A stretch of 64,000 bases of DNA from contig DYGS01000001.1 of the NCBI GenBank assembly GCA_020724585.1, positions 2,893 to 66,892 on the forward strand. Direction: 5' to 3'. This stretch comes from Candidatus Microgenomatus sp. (GTDB taxonomy: Bacteria > Patescibacteriota > Microgenomatia > UBA8517). Of this stretch, positions 1 through 9,470 are shown piece by piece. Positions within the stretch are counted from its first letter, which is position 1, and every line of letters begins with the position of its first letter. A program made the translations under genes and the position numbers. The notes beneath the pieces were generated by a model. That model saw only the letters and a list, made by a program, of their open reading frames with translations, did not search any database and had not been told where the DNA came from.

Positions 1-440
1 GCAAGAGTAAACAAGTAATCAGAAAGACGATTTATGTATGGAAGTATATTGTGTATAGTATATTGTATATTGGGAACCGCAATTAGACTACGCTCTGCAC
101 GGCGCGCTAGTGCCCGCGCGTAATACAACTTAGTAGCTCTTGGAGTTCCTGAATAAATTATGAAGTTGGTAAGAACTGGCATAGTTCCTTCCATTGCATC
201 AATTTCTCTTTCTAATTTTTTAGTTGCATCTTTTGGAAATGTGAGTTTTGCACCAGAAAGAATTGAATTAATTGTAAATAAATTTTTTTGTATTTCTGTT
301 AGTTTTCCTATTACTCCTAAATATGAATTAAGTTCATCAATTGCACCAATTGCATTTATAGTTTTTGAAGATTTTAAAACTCTTTTCCCATTAAAAAGTC
401 CTGTTTTCCCTTTATCCCCTGTTTTTGTATATACACTCAT
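1..440 (-). CDS. ATP:cob(I)alamin adenosyltransferase, PduO-type (3'-partial, runs off window start)
   Basis: Minus-strand translation starts MSVYTKTGDKGKTGLFNGKRV, with AIDELNSYLG and ARRAERS motifs typical of PduO/MMAB adenosyltransferases. Its start ATG (438-440) overlaps the stop of the downstream Nudix gene. Not in the supplied ORF track because it is partial. Confidence 0.65.
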   Translation of the reverse strand, partial: MSVYTKTGDKGKTGLFNGKRVLKSSKTINAIGAIDELNSYLGVIGKLTEIQKNLFTINSILSGAKLTFPKDATKKLEREIDAMEGTMPVLTNFIIYSGTPRATKLYYARALARRAERSLIAVPNIQYTIHNILPYINRLSDYLFTL

Positions 441-844
441 TTATTTGTAGCAATTGATTGATAATAACTATCAAGAAAAGCTATTTTCTTTAAACTACCC
501 ATTTCATCTAAAGTCACCCAAAGGAATTTATCATGCTCTGTTGGGTTAAGTTTAACTTCACCTTCCAACAACTCACATTCAAAAAGAATTTGAAACTGAT
601 GTCTTTGAGGGTTACTTAAGTATGAATAAACAAATAACGGTTTCCCAACTTTTACTTTCAATCCACTTTCTTCCAAAAACTCGCGTTTCAATGCTTCGAT
701 CGGATTTTCCCCGTGCTCAACTGAGCCACCGGGTGTATCCCAATAGTCAGACATAAAGTCATTTTCTGGGGATCTATGGAGAACTAAATACTTATCGCCA
801 TCTTTAATTAAACCATGTACTGCAACTTTTTGATAGTTCTCCAT
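437..844 (-). CDS. NUDIX hydrolase
   Basis: Nudix box GGSVEHGENPIEALKREFLEESGL (GX5EX7REUXEEXGU). Confidence 0.8.
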   Translation of the reverse strand: MENYQKVAVHGLIKDGDKYLVLHRSPENDFMSDYWDTPGGSVEHGENPIEALKREFLEESGLKVKVGKPLFVYSYLSNPQRHQFQILFECELLEGEVKLNPTEHDKFLWVTLDEMGSLKKIAFLDSYYQSIATNK

Positions 845-846
845 AT

Positions 847-1293
847 TTATTTCAAATCTTTAATTTTTTCTGTAAACTCAATTGGATATTTTACTTCAAG
901 TAATTTTGAGGCTTCAAGAGGTGTGAACCAATTTACCTCAATATGTTCTTCAGATAGTTTTATTTCACTATTTTCAGGAATCTCACAAGTATAAGCTCCA
1001 AGAATTAAACCAACAGAATCATCACCTTGTGGTATTCTAATTTTGGATAAAACCATTGAAAAAGGTTTAATGTTTGAGACTTCTTTAACACCAATTTCTT
1101 CTTCAACTTCTATTTTTAAAGTTTCCTCAACACTAACATCTTTTTTAATTCTTCCACCAGGAACATCCCAATAAGCAACTCCTTTCCAGTCATCTCTATA
1201 TATCAATTTTTTTGGATTCACCTTCAAAAGAAGTATTTTCCCAGCAGAATTTTTAATCAATGCTTTTATACCTAAGTGAAAATTATCTTCCAT
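847..1293 (-). CDS. NUDIX hydrolase (second paralog)
   Basis: Nudix box PGGRIKKDVSVEETLKIEVEEEIGV. Sits 2 nt from the previous gene. Confidence 0.75.
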   Translation of the reverse strand: MEDNFHLGIKALIKNSAGKILLLKVNPKKLIYRDDWKGVAYWDVPGGRIKKDVSVEETLKIEVEEEIGVKEVSNIKPFSMVLSKIRIPQGDDSVGLILGAYTCEIPENSEIKLSEEHIEVNWFTPLEASKLLEVKYPIEFTEKIKDLK

Positions 1294-1341
1294 GACCTAA
1301 TTCTATACTTTATTTTTTAAAATTAAATAATTGAAAAGGAT

Positions 1342-1731
1342 TCAGGACAACCCTTTCCTGCGATAAAGTTTTTTCATTTTTAAGTATTCTTTGTCTGTCC
1401 CGGGCTCCATGCCATTTGTATTCTTCATTTTATCCGCAGGATATTTTTTAGAAATAGTTTCAAGTTTATTTTTAATTATTTCTTCGGCATCAATATTTAA
1501 AAGGGTTGCTATATCTAAACAATAAATTAAAATGTCAGCCAGCTCTTTTTTGATTTCGTTGACTTTTTCTTTGTCTTTTTTGACATCGTTTAAACTTGGA
1601 TTTGACCATTGAAATAGTTCTAGAAGCTCTGAAGATTCAATACTTATTGACTTTGCTAAATCTGAAGGCCTTAATTGGTCCCAATTCCGTTCCTTTAAAT
1701 ACTTCTTAATTTTTATTTGAAGAGACTTCAT
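1342..1731 (-). CDS. MazG-like nucleotide pyrophosphohydrolase (all-alpha NTP-PPase)
   Basis: ELLELFQW ... EIADILIYCLDIA motif arrangement typical of the MazG/dCTPase-like family. Confidence 0.55.
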   Translation of the reverse strand: MKSLQIKIKKYLKERNWDQLRPSDLAKSISIESSELLELFQWSNPSLNDVKKDKEKVNEIKKELADILIYCLDIATLLNIDAEEIIKNKLETISKKYPADKMKNTNGMEPGTDKEYLKMKKLYRRKGLS

Positions 1732-1742
1732 TATGAAGCATT

Positions 1743-2015
1743 TTAAATTACTTTTGTAAATCTATCAACTTCGGCCCCATTATCAAGAGTAACTTTTGCA
1801 AAAAATTCAGTCCCTGTTCTAACCCAAGTTAGTTTATCTCCATATTCTGCTTCATAAACTACACAAGGAGTTTCCGTATCTTCTATAAAGCCAACTGCAA
1901 GTATGTGATAAAACTGGTCTGGATGTTTATAATGATAGAATTTATCGCCCACTGCAACTTTAGATTTTAGATTTTCTAATTCTTTTAACAATTGCGATTG
2001 ATCTTTGTGTGCCAT
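1743..2015 (-). CDS. DUF1653-family small protein
   Basis: YHYKHPDQFYHILAVG...VVYEAEYGDKLTWVRTGTEFF resembles the DUF1653 consensus (YRHYKG..Y.V...A.HSETGE.VVY). Confidence 0.5.
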   Translation of the reverse strand: MAHKDQSQLLKELENLKSKVAVGDKFYHYKHPDQFYHILAVGFIEDTETPCVVYEAEYGDKLTWVRTGTEFFAKVTLDNGAEVDRFTKVI

Positions 2016-2031
2016 ATTTTTATTCTATTCT

Positions 2032-4467
2032 TTAGCATTCACTGTGTCCACAGGCGTGGCATTTGGCACAGCCTTCCTGGAAAACTAGTGCAGAAGCTCC
2101 ACAACCTGGGCAGATATCTCCCGCTTTTTCTTTAGTAGCTGTCAAAAACAAACTTTTCTGCTGTTCTTCTTCAAGATGTGGAACTGTAGCTACAACTTCA
2201 CTGGTTTCAGCTTCTTTTTGTTTTGTCGACCCAAAAACATTAGGACTGCTGTGGTAGCCATTTATACCAAAGTTGTAATGAACTGATATTGCGGCGGCTA
2301 CTGCATCAGGCAAAGACTTTATTTTTGTTGGCCCAAAGCCAATTGTCCTTCTGCCGCCAATCCCCGATAATTGTTCCGCAATCTCTCTTGCTTTATTTTT
2401 TGCAGATACATCTCCCCTAAACTTTAGAGCGGTGGAGATTGTCCTGCCCAATGCTTCAGCCATCGCCGCAACATCTGATCCCGCCTTACCAACATTCACA
2501 AAGACCTCTAAAGGTTCTCCAATACCATCCTCATTTATCGTCACAAAAGCAGTGCCAACAGGGGTGTTTAATCTATAAGTTGCTCCTTTAACCATATATG
2601 GCCTTTCTCTTAGAGGGTCCTTACTATCGCTAACTGTTTGTACTTCGGTCTCTGTATTTTTTGTCCCCAGATTTAATACCTGCGCATCTTTACATCCATC
2701 TCTAAAAACAGTTATGCCTTTGCAATCGCTATCATACGCCTGCAGGTACGCAGTTTTGATATCCTCAGGCGTTACATCATGCCTTAGATTGATGGTCTTG
2801 CTGACCGCATTCTCCGTGTATTTCTGGAAAGCATCCTGCATCCTGATATGCCAAATAGGATCAATTTCGTGAGCTGTTCCAAAAATTGCTTTTACATTGT
2901 TGGGGATTCCTTCAATATTCCTAATGACCCCCTTCTCAGATACTTTGTTCATTAAATCCTCCGACCAAAAACCCCTTTCTTTTGCAATTTTTTCAAAGGC
3001 GGGGTTAACAAAAGTTAGTTTTCTATCCAAATGTTTATCTTTAACTATGTGCTGAAATGCAATCGCGAAAAGAGGTTCTATTCCTGATGAAGCCCCGGCA
3101 ATTATTGATATTGTTCCAGTTGGGGCAATTGTTGTAACGGTTGCATTTCTTCTTTTTGCTTGGCCTTTATAGATAGATTTATCAAAAAGTGGAAAGGCTC
3201 CTCGAACTTTAGCTAGTTTCTGCGTTTCCGAAACTGCGGCCTCTTGAATTGTTTTCATCACTTTTTCCCCAAGTTTTAACGCTTCGTCGCTATCATATGG
3301 AATTCCAAGTTCTAAAAGCATATCAGCCCATCCACCAACTCCAAGACCGATTCTTCTTATGGCAAAGACGGTATTTCTGATTTGCTCAAGAGGATAAGGA
3401 TTAACTTCAATTACATTATCCAAAAACCTGGTAGATAATCTCGCCGTTTTTTCAAGCCCATCCCAATCAACCTGACCATCTTTAACAAAATATGTTAAAA
3501 ATATACTTCCCAGATTACACGCATCAAAAGGATATAAGGGTTGCTCCCCACAAGGATTAGTTGCTTCAATCGGCCCCAAAGTTGGAGTTGGGTTTGCAGT
3601 ACTTTTGTTTATTTTGTCTATAAAAACAAGCCCTGGGTCTCCAGTCTTCCAGGCTCCGTCTGCAATTTCATTAAACACTTCCCTTGCAGACTTCTTATCA
3701 ACAACTTCCCCTGTTTTGGGACTGATCAGATCATAATCTGTATCGTTTTTATAAGCCTCCATAAAGGCGTCTGTTATAGCAACTGAAATATTAAAATTTG
3801 TAATTCCCCCTCCATCCTTGCAGTGAATAAATTCCATAATATTGGGGTGATCAACTCTTAAAATACCCATATTTGCACCCCTTCTTTTGCCTCCTTGTTT
3901 TACTTCATTGGTTGCGGCGTCAAAAATTCGCATAAAAGAAACGGGGCCGGAAGCTGTGCCGCTTGAAGTTTTAACAATAGAACCACTTTCTCTTAAACGA
4001 CTGAATGCAAAACCCGTACCTCCGCCAGTTTTGTGAATGATTGCTTGATACTTTAAGGCATCAAAAATTCCCTCCATAGAGTCCTCAACCGGTAAAACAA
4101 AGCAGGCCGAATATTGCAAGCCATTATTCGTTCCTGCGTTCATTAATGTTGGTGAATTTGGCAAGAATTTACGGCTCACCATGAGTTCGTAAAAATCCCT
4201 TGCAGTATTCAATACACTTTTTTTGTTTCCTCCCCATCTTGCTTCGCTGGAAGCCACATCCCAAGCAACTCTCCAAACCATATCTTCAGGAGTTTCAATT
4301 GGATTTAAATTGCTATCCTTAACCAAGTATCTTTCTTCCAAAACCTTCAAAGCCTGCTCTGTCCAATCACCTTTGGGCAAATCCAAGGGTCTGGCAGGCA
4401 TTGGTCCGACCTTCTTTATCACTTCTTCCCTTATTTTTTGGTAAGACGGAGCTTTGTAGTGCTTCAT
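2032..4467 (-). CDS. nrdJ: Adenosylcobalamin-dependent ribonucleotide reductase, class II (monomeric NrdJ type) with C-terminal zinc ribbon
   Basis: 811 aa. RNR core motifs (NPCGEQPL, active-site cysteines) and a C-terminal CPGCG...CAKCHACG zinc finger. Confidence 0.85.
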   Translation of the reverse strand: MKHYKAPSYQKIREEVIKKVGPMPARPLDLPKGDWTEQALKVLEERYLVKDSNLNPIETPEDMVWRVAWDVASSEARWGGNKKSVLNTARDFYELMVSRKFLPNSPTLMNAGTNNGLQYSACFVLPVEDSMEGIFDALKYQAIIHKTGGGTGFAFSRLRESGSIVKTSSGTASGPVSFMRIFDAATNEVKQGGKRRGANMGILRVDHPNIMEFIHCKDGGGITNFNISVAITDAFMEAYKNDTDYDLISPKTGEVVDKKSAREVFNEIADGAWKTGDPGLVFIDKINKSTANPTPTLGPIEATNPCGEQPLYPFDACNLGSIFLTYFVKDGQVDWDGLEKTARLSTRFLDNVIEVNPYPLEQIRNTVFAIRRIGLGVGGWADMLLELGIPYDSDEALKLGEKVMKTIQEAAVSETQKLAKVRGAFPLFDKSIYKGQAKRRNATVTTIAPTGTISIIAGASSGIEPLFAIAFQHIVKDKHLDRKLTFVNPAFEKIAKERGFWSEDLMNKVSEKGVIRNIEGIPNNVKAIFGTAHEIDPIWHIRMQDAFQKYTENAVSKTINLRHDVTPEDIKTAYLQAYDSDCKGITVFRDGCKDAQVLNLGTKNTETEVQTVSDSKDPLRERPYMVKGATYRLNTPVGTAFVTINEDGIGEPLEVFVNVGKAGSDVAAMAEALGRTISTALKFRGDVSAKNKAREIAEQLSGIGGRRTIGFGPTKIKSLPDAVAAAISVHYNFGINGYHSSPNVFGSTKQKEAETSEVVATVPHLEEEQQKSLFLTATKEKAGDICPGCGASALVFQEGCAKCHACGHSEC

Positions 4468-4630
4468 ATATTTAATTGCATAATCTAATAACCTTTAATT
4501 TTTGTAAACTATCATTTTTTATGTAAAAATATATCAGCTCAGGCTCAAACCAGCTTCGTGAAAACTCCAGTTAAAGTTGCTCGCGGAAATTGTGAGGAGA
4601 TTTAAAAACTTATATGTATACCAAATTTAA

Positions 4631-5293
4631 TCAATCAAAAATGTTTTCAGGAGGAACTAGCCCTTTTGTCAACATCCTATCTCGTGTTTTTTTATAAACT
4701 TCCTTTGTTTTGTCAAGAGTCAAAACAATATGAGGTCTTAAGTCTTCAGGGGCGATAGGCATTATTTCCTGTTCGATCAACTCCCTATGTTTTAAAGATG
4801 AAGTTGCTAACTTCTCGTAAAAACCGTCTTCTGAATTATCGGACAGCTTTTCGGCCAATTCTAGATATTTTTCAGCTTTTGTTAAAGTTGATAACCCCAA
4901 ATCAGGTTTATTGGACTCGAAAAGTTTTAAAGACGACATCAACCGCTTGTCTGCAAATAATAAATTTAGTTCAGCTTTTTTTTGAGGTTTTAAACTAATC
5001 GCAAGCCACGCCTTATCTCTTATCACTTTCGCATACCAGAAAGGGCTATCAGGATGGATCTTTCCTGGATACGCAAACTCATAATCAATTTTCTTGGCTT
5101 TTTCGCTCTCTACTTTTTCTGATAAAACAACGGGGGTATAGGCATACCTAATAGAAGATGTAGACAACATAGTTGCCGAAAGTATTAAAAAGGCTAACAA
5201 CATCGTACCCAATCCTGTAGCAATTTTTTCTCTCATCGCTTCCCTATTTCGTCGGGTACCTTTTATTCTATACCAACTAGTCAATCCGTGCAA
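4631..5293 (-). CDS. hypothetical membrane-anchored protein
   Basis: N-terminal TM helix (LGTMLLAFLILSATML). No recognisable domain. Confidence 0.4.
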   Translation of the reverse strand: MHGLTSWYRIKGTRRNREAMREKIATGLGTMLLAFLILSATMLSTSSIRYAYTPVVLSEKVESEKAKKIDYEFAYPGKIHPDSPFWYAKVIRDKAWLAISLKPQKKAELNLLFADKRLMSSLKLFESNKPDLGLSTLTKAEKYLELAEKLSDNSEDGFYEKLATSSLKHRELIEQEIMPIAPEDLRPHIVLTLDKTKEVYKKTRDRMLTKGLVPPENIFD

Positions 5294-5320
5294 ATAAAAT
5301 TAACTTAAAAAATTCTCCTT

Positions 5321-5959
5321 TCAGCGAAAGAGAACAATTGGCCACTGCCAAAGCACATGAAGAAGTATTGGAGAAACTATATTCTTAGTTCGGGCATAAA
5401 CAAATGCGCTCCCAATACCAAAAAGGGTTGTTAAGAATAAATAAACCAAGGCCGCTGATATGTCAAGTTTCCAAACAAAAAATGTAATAGGTACATGGAT
5501 TAGCGCCCAAAAAACCGAGGTCAAGAGGTTTGCTCCCCACTCGTTTTTCAAAAATTTTAAAACTCTTGTAAATATATAGCCCCTAAATGTTATCTCCTCT
5601 GAAAAAGCGGTTATAAACGAAAGACCGAGCGATGTTATAAACGGCAAACTGCCAATATTTGCATTCAAATTAAATTCGCCTCCATATTTGATAAAATTAA
5701 TTATTAACGCTTCAAGAACAAAAAACATACCTAACCCAAGGGCGTAATAAACTGCAGGAAATAAATTTTTATAAGATATACCAATTGAAGAAAGACCTTC
5801 ACCTTCTTTCTTGAGTAGAATAAAAACGGGAATAAGCCAAACTATTGGTTTTATAAAAATTTCTTCAACAGTTTCCGGCAGTTGGAATAAAAACCTATAA
5901 AACCCCCAAACTATTAAAAGATAGACTGCCAAGTAAATCGCCCGTTTAAAATTTAGCAT
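5321..5959 (-). CDS. CPBP family intramembrane metalloprotease (CAAX protease-like)
   Basis: Polytopic, with EEITFRGYIF (EExxxR motif) and conserved His in later helices. Confidence 0.7.
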   Translation of the reverse strand: MLNFKRAIYLAVYLLIVWGFYRFLFQLPETVEEIFIKPIVWLIPVFILLKKEGEGLSSIGISYKNLFPAVYYALGLGMFFVLEALIINFIKYGGEFNLNANIGSLPFITSLGLSFITAFSEEITFRGYIFTRVLKFLKNEWGANLLTSVFWALIHVPITFFVWKLDISAALVYLFLTTLFGIGSAFVYARTKNIVSPILLHVLWQWPIVLFR

Positions 5960-5965
5960 TTTATC

Positions 5966-6475
5966 TTACTTAATTTTACACCCTTCAAAGGCTTTATCCA
6001 TAGCACTAATTATTAGCTTTACTTTTTCTATCGATTCTTCAAAAGAAATTGCCTTTTTCTCCTCTGGGAACCAATGAAATACGAGATTCCTTCCTTGCGT
6101 CCAAGCGTTCCAAAGTTCTTTTGCCAGTTCGTCTCCATTGCAATAATTTACTAACTTATCATAAACATATGAACCATTTCTATATTTTTTCTCTATAAAT
6201 GGGTTTAAAGCCTTGCCAATTCTAAACCTTTTGCCAAAATAATCCTCTTTGGAAATCATTCCAAGATCAAAAAAAAGTTTTTTTAAAAAACCTTCGTATG
6301 CTTTGGCTGCAGGGAAAACTACAAAAGAATAATCATGGAAGACTTTACTGCCTTGAGGCAAATCTCCTCCCCAACTTTTAACTGTATTTATCAAAAATTC
6401 GGACGCCACTAAAAGCTCTTGTAAATCTGGCTCTATGTACTCCCACCATGTTTTTTTCTCCAAATCCAAATCCAT
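5966..6475 (-). CDS. hypothetical protein
   Basis: ORF of 169 aa in an operon-like arrangement. No recognised motif. Confidence 0.35.
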   Translation of the reverse strand: MDLDLEKKTWWEYIEPDLQELLVASEFLINTVKSWGGDLPQGSKVFHDYSFVVFPAAKAYEGFLKKLFFDLGMISKEDYFGKRFRIGKALNPFIEKKYRNGSYVYDKLVNYCNGDELAKELWNAWTQGRNLVFHWFPEEKKAISFEESIEKVKLIISAMDKAFEGCKIK

Positions 6476-6482
6476 ATAAAGT

Positions 6483-6890
6483 TTATTTTAATCTTTTAAT
6501 TGTTATATCGTCCATGGGATAATCTTTTTTATCAGCCGTAACCAATGTTAGTGAATTAACTTTGCATGTTGCAGCAATCATACAATCAGACATCCATATT
6601 TTTTTTGATTTTCTATTAAAAAGTTTCCTGTATTTAGCGGCTTCCTCTGCTATAACCCTGTCAACAGATAAAGTTTCGAGATTATCAAGAAGCATTTTTA
6701 ATGATATTTCTTCATCTGCCTGCGCCCCCTCTAAAAATTCTGCCACAACAATTGAAGAAAAAAATAAAGTTTTTTGTTCGATAGCCTTTCTGACCCAGCC
6801 CGCATATGGCTCAATTCCCTTGAAAGCATATACCAAAACATTCGTATCAGCTAAATAGCTTACCATTGACTCCTTATCTTTCTGCTCCAC
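6483..6890 (-). CDS. vapC: PIN-domain toxin (VapC-like)
   Basis: MVSYLADTNVLVY PIN N-terminal motif and downstream acidic residues. The start may be the internal Met at 6866 (MVSYLADTN). Confidence 0.7.
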   Translation of the reverse strand: MEQKDKESMVSYLADTNVLVYAFKGIEPYAGWVRKAIEQKTLFFSSIVVAEFLEGAQADEEISLKMLLDNLETLSVDRVIAEEAAKYRKLFNRKSKKIWMSDCMIAATCKVNSLTLVTADKKDYPMDDITIKRLK

Positions 6891-7153
6891 CTATATATTT
6901 CCTCTTTTGAATTCCAATTAGGATGATTATTAATCTTAATTGATCCAACCACTCTATTCGCCAATTTCTTTAAATCTTCTTGCTCCTGTTTTTCTAAAAG
7001 AAGTCTTATTATCGCCGCTTTTCTCAAATATTCAGATAAGCTTTCGCCTCGTTGGCTTGCCATTTGTTCTACATGGTATTTAAGCTGATCGGTTAGGGTT
7101 ATTTGAGTTCGAACAGCTTTGTCATTTTTAGAAAGCATAGGTATTTGTATCAT
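6860..7153 (-). CDS. vapB: Ribbon-helix-helix antitoxin (VapB/CopG-like)
   Basis: Small protein directly upstream of, and overlapping, the PIN gene. EYLRKAAIIRLLLEKQ is RHH-like. Confidence 0.55.
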   Translation of the reverse strand: MIQIPMLSKNDKAVRTQITLTDQLKYHVEQMASQRGESLSEYLRKAAIIRLLLEKQEQEDLKKLANRVVGSIKINNHPNWNSKEEIYRWSRKIRSQW

Positions 7154-7247
7154 GATGTATTAATCATACATCATTAAAATATTTCTGTCAATGCCAGTAT
7201 GCTTTTTATTGGCTTAAATTAAAAATCAATGTAAAATAGACATACTA

Positions 7248-9455
7248 ATGAAAAAATTGTTCCTCAAATTGATTGAGTTTTTAAAAGTGGAGAAAAATAG
7301 GAAAAAAACTATTTTCTTTTCTGCCTTGGGCGCATCTTTTTTGTGGCTTTTTTGGGGGCTTCCACTCCCTACTAAACTCTCCTCGCCTGATATACCCGTC
7401 TCCACCAAACTTTTTGACAGAAATGGAAATTTAATTTATGAAATTTACGCAGACACAAGAAGAACACCGGTTAAACTTGATGAGCTCCCCAACCATATTA
7501 AAAACGCAACAATTGCAATTGAGGATAAAGATTTTTACAAACATTATGGTTTTTCCTACACAGGCATGGCAAGAGCTGTTTGGAAAATTGCCACTCGCGG
7601 CAAACTAGAAGGAGGGTCAACTCTAACGCAACAGTTGGTAAAAAATGCTCTTCTAACACCAGAGCGAACGATCAGAAGAAAAGTCAGAGAATTTTTTTTG
7701 ACCATGATCGTTGAAGGAATTTATTCAAAAAATCAAATCTTGGAGATGTATTTAAATCAAATTCCCTATGGCTCAACGGCTTATGGCATCGAAGCCGCCT
7801 CCGAGCTTTACTTTAAAAAAGCGGCCAAAGACTTAAATTTAGCTGAAAGCGCTCTTTTGGCGGGGCTGCCGCAAAGTCCAACTAGATACTCGCCATTTGG
7901 AGCCAGACCGGAACTTGCAAAACAGCGCCAAAAACAAGTGCTTGATCAAATGGTTATCAATAAGTTCATTTCTCAAGAAGAGGCGAAAAATGCATATAAT
8001 CAGGAGCTAAAATATGCAAAAATTGAAGCGCCCAAAGCACCTCATTTCGCTCTCTGGGTAAAAGAACAACTGGTCGAAAAATATGGAGAAAAAAAAGTTG
8101 AGCAAGGGGGATTGCGTGTTACAACAACACTCGACCTGGAGCTGCAAAATTTTGCCCAAGAAGCTGTTGCAAGCGAAGTTGCTAAACTTGCCAAACAAAA
8201 TGTAGGAAATGGCGCCGCTATTGTCACCTATCCCGCTACCGGAGAGATCTTGGCGATGGTTGGAAGTAAAGATTATTTTGCCGAAGATGAAGATGGAAAG
8301 GTTAATGTAATTTTATCCGAACGCCAGCCGGGATCATCGATTAAACCCTTAAATTACGCTCTCGCACTGCAAGGGAAAAAAATTACACTGGCAACAACTT
8401 TTGCCGATGTACCAACTTGCTTTTCGGTTTTAGGACAGGCACTTTATTGTCCTAAAAATTACGATGGGACATTTCATGGCTTAACCCAAGTAAGATTTGC
8501 ACTTGGAAATTCATTTAATATTCCCGCCGTCAAAGTTTTGGCGCTAAATGGGATTGATGAATTTATTGAATTTGCCAGAAAAATGGGATTAACAACACTT
8601 AGCGATCCGAAAAGATATGGACTTTCATTAACTCTTGGAGGAGGTGAAGTTAAACCTTACGATATGGCAATCGCATTCGGTGTTTTTGCAAACGACGGGG
8701 TAAAACAGGATTTAATTGCAATCACTGAAATTTCAGACTGGAGGGGGAAAGTCTTGGAAAAAGTTGATGTTAACGATCTTAAATTAACTGGTGAAAAAGT
8801 TCTTGATGTCGGAACTTCTTTTTTAATATCGCATACCCTGCATGATAATAATGCCAGACAGCAAGCCTTTGGACCTTCGAGCTTTTTAAATGTCAAAGGC
8901 CACCCTGAAGTTTCAGTTAAAACAGGAACAACAAATGACAGAAGAGACAACTGGACTATTGGCTATACCAAACAAATTGTTGCAGTTACATGGGTTGGTA
9001 ATAATGATAACACTCCAATGAGCGGCGCCATATCCGGGGTTTCTGGTGCCTCCCCCATTTGGAATAAAATTATTGGCTTTGCATTAAGCAAAAGTGAAAA
9101 AGGAGAATATGGAGACGATGACGGCCACGCTTGGCCGCTTCAACCCGAAAATGTGATTGGAGCTAATATTTGCGCTGATACGGGAAGCGCTGTTGTTGAA
9201 GGAGTTAACTGTCCTCAAAGATTTGAATATTTCCTAGAAGGCACTGTTCCTACAACGATAAATGTTATTGGCCAAGATGTCACAATTTTTAAAGATACAG
9301 GTCAAATCGCAATAAGAGACTATTTGCCCGAACAGGTTGAGGTTCAAAACAAACCTTTATATACAGATCCAACTGGAGGAATTTATTGTCTTACATGTCC
9401 AATTTCCTCACAATCCGCAACAATCCGCTACCCTCTTACTAAAAAGAGTAATTAG
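7248..9455 (+). CDS. Class A penicillin-binding protein (bifunctional glycosyltransferase/transpeptidase, PBP1A-like)
   Basis: GT51 motifs (EDKDFYKHYGFS, GGSTLTQQL) and transpeptidase motifs SSIKP (SxxK) and KTGTT. Confidence 0.85.
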   Translation: MKKLFLKLIEFLKVEKNRKKTIFFSALGASFLWLFWGLPLPTKLSSPDIPVSTKLFDRNGNLIYEIYADTRRTPVKLDELPNHIKNATIAIEDKDFYKHYGFSYTGMARAVWKIATRGKLEGGSTLTQQLVKNALLTPERTIRRKVREFFLTMIVEGIYSKNQILEMYLNQIPYGSTAYGIEAASELYFKKAAKDLNLAESALLAGLPQSPTRYSPFGARPELAKQRQKQVLDQMVINKFISQEEAKNAYNQELKYAKIEAPKAPHFALWVKEQLVEKYGEKKVEQGGLRVTTTLDLELQNFAQEAVASEVAKLAKQNVGNGAAIVTYPATGEILAMVGSKDYFAEDEDGKVNVILSERQPGSSIKPLNYALALQGKKITLATTFADVPTCFSVLGQALYCPKNYDGTFHGLTQVRFALGNSFNIPAVKVLALNGIDEFIEFARKMGLTTLSDPKRYGLSLTLGGGEVKPYDMAIAFGVFANDGVKQDLIAITEISDWRGKVLEKVDVNDLKLTGEKVLDVGTSFLISHTLHDNNARQQAFGPSSFLNVKGHPEVSVKTGTTNDRRDNWTIGYTKQIVAVTWVGNNDNTPMSGAISGVSGASPIWNKIIGFALSKSEKGEYGDDDGHAWPLQPENVIGANICADTGSAVVEGVNCPQRFEYFLEGTVPTTINVIGQDVTIFKDTGQIAIRDYLPEQVEVQNKPLYTDPTGGIYCLTCPISSQSATIRYPLTKKSN

Positions 9456-9470
9456 GGGTAAAATACCCGC

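Noticed and set aside
160-450. 96-aa + strand ORF in the track
   Set aside because: Lies antisense to a well-supported PduO-type adenosyltransferase reading frame on the minus strand, so it is a spurious shadow ORF.
4468-4630. Possible NrdR box or cobalamin riboswitch upstream of nrdJ
   Set aside because: No 16-bp NrdR-type palindrome and no B12-box consensus could be recognised by eye. Only a short gtatac palindrome is present.
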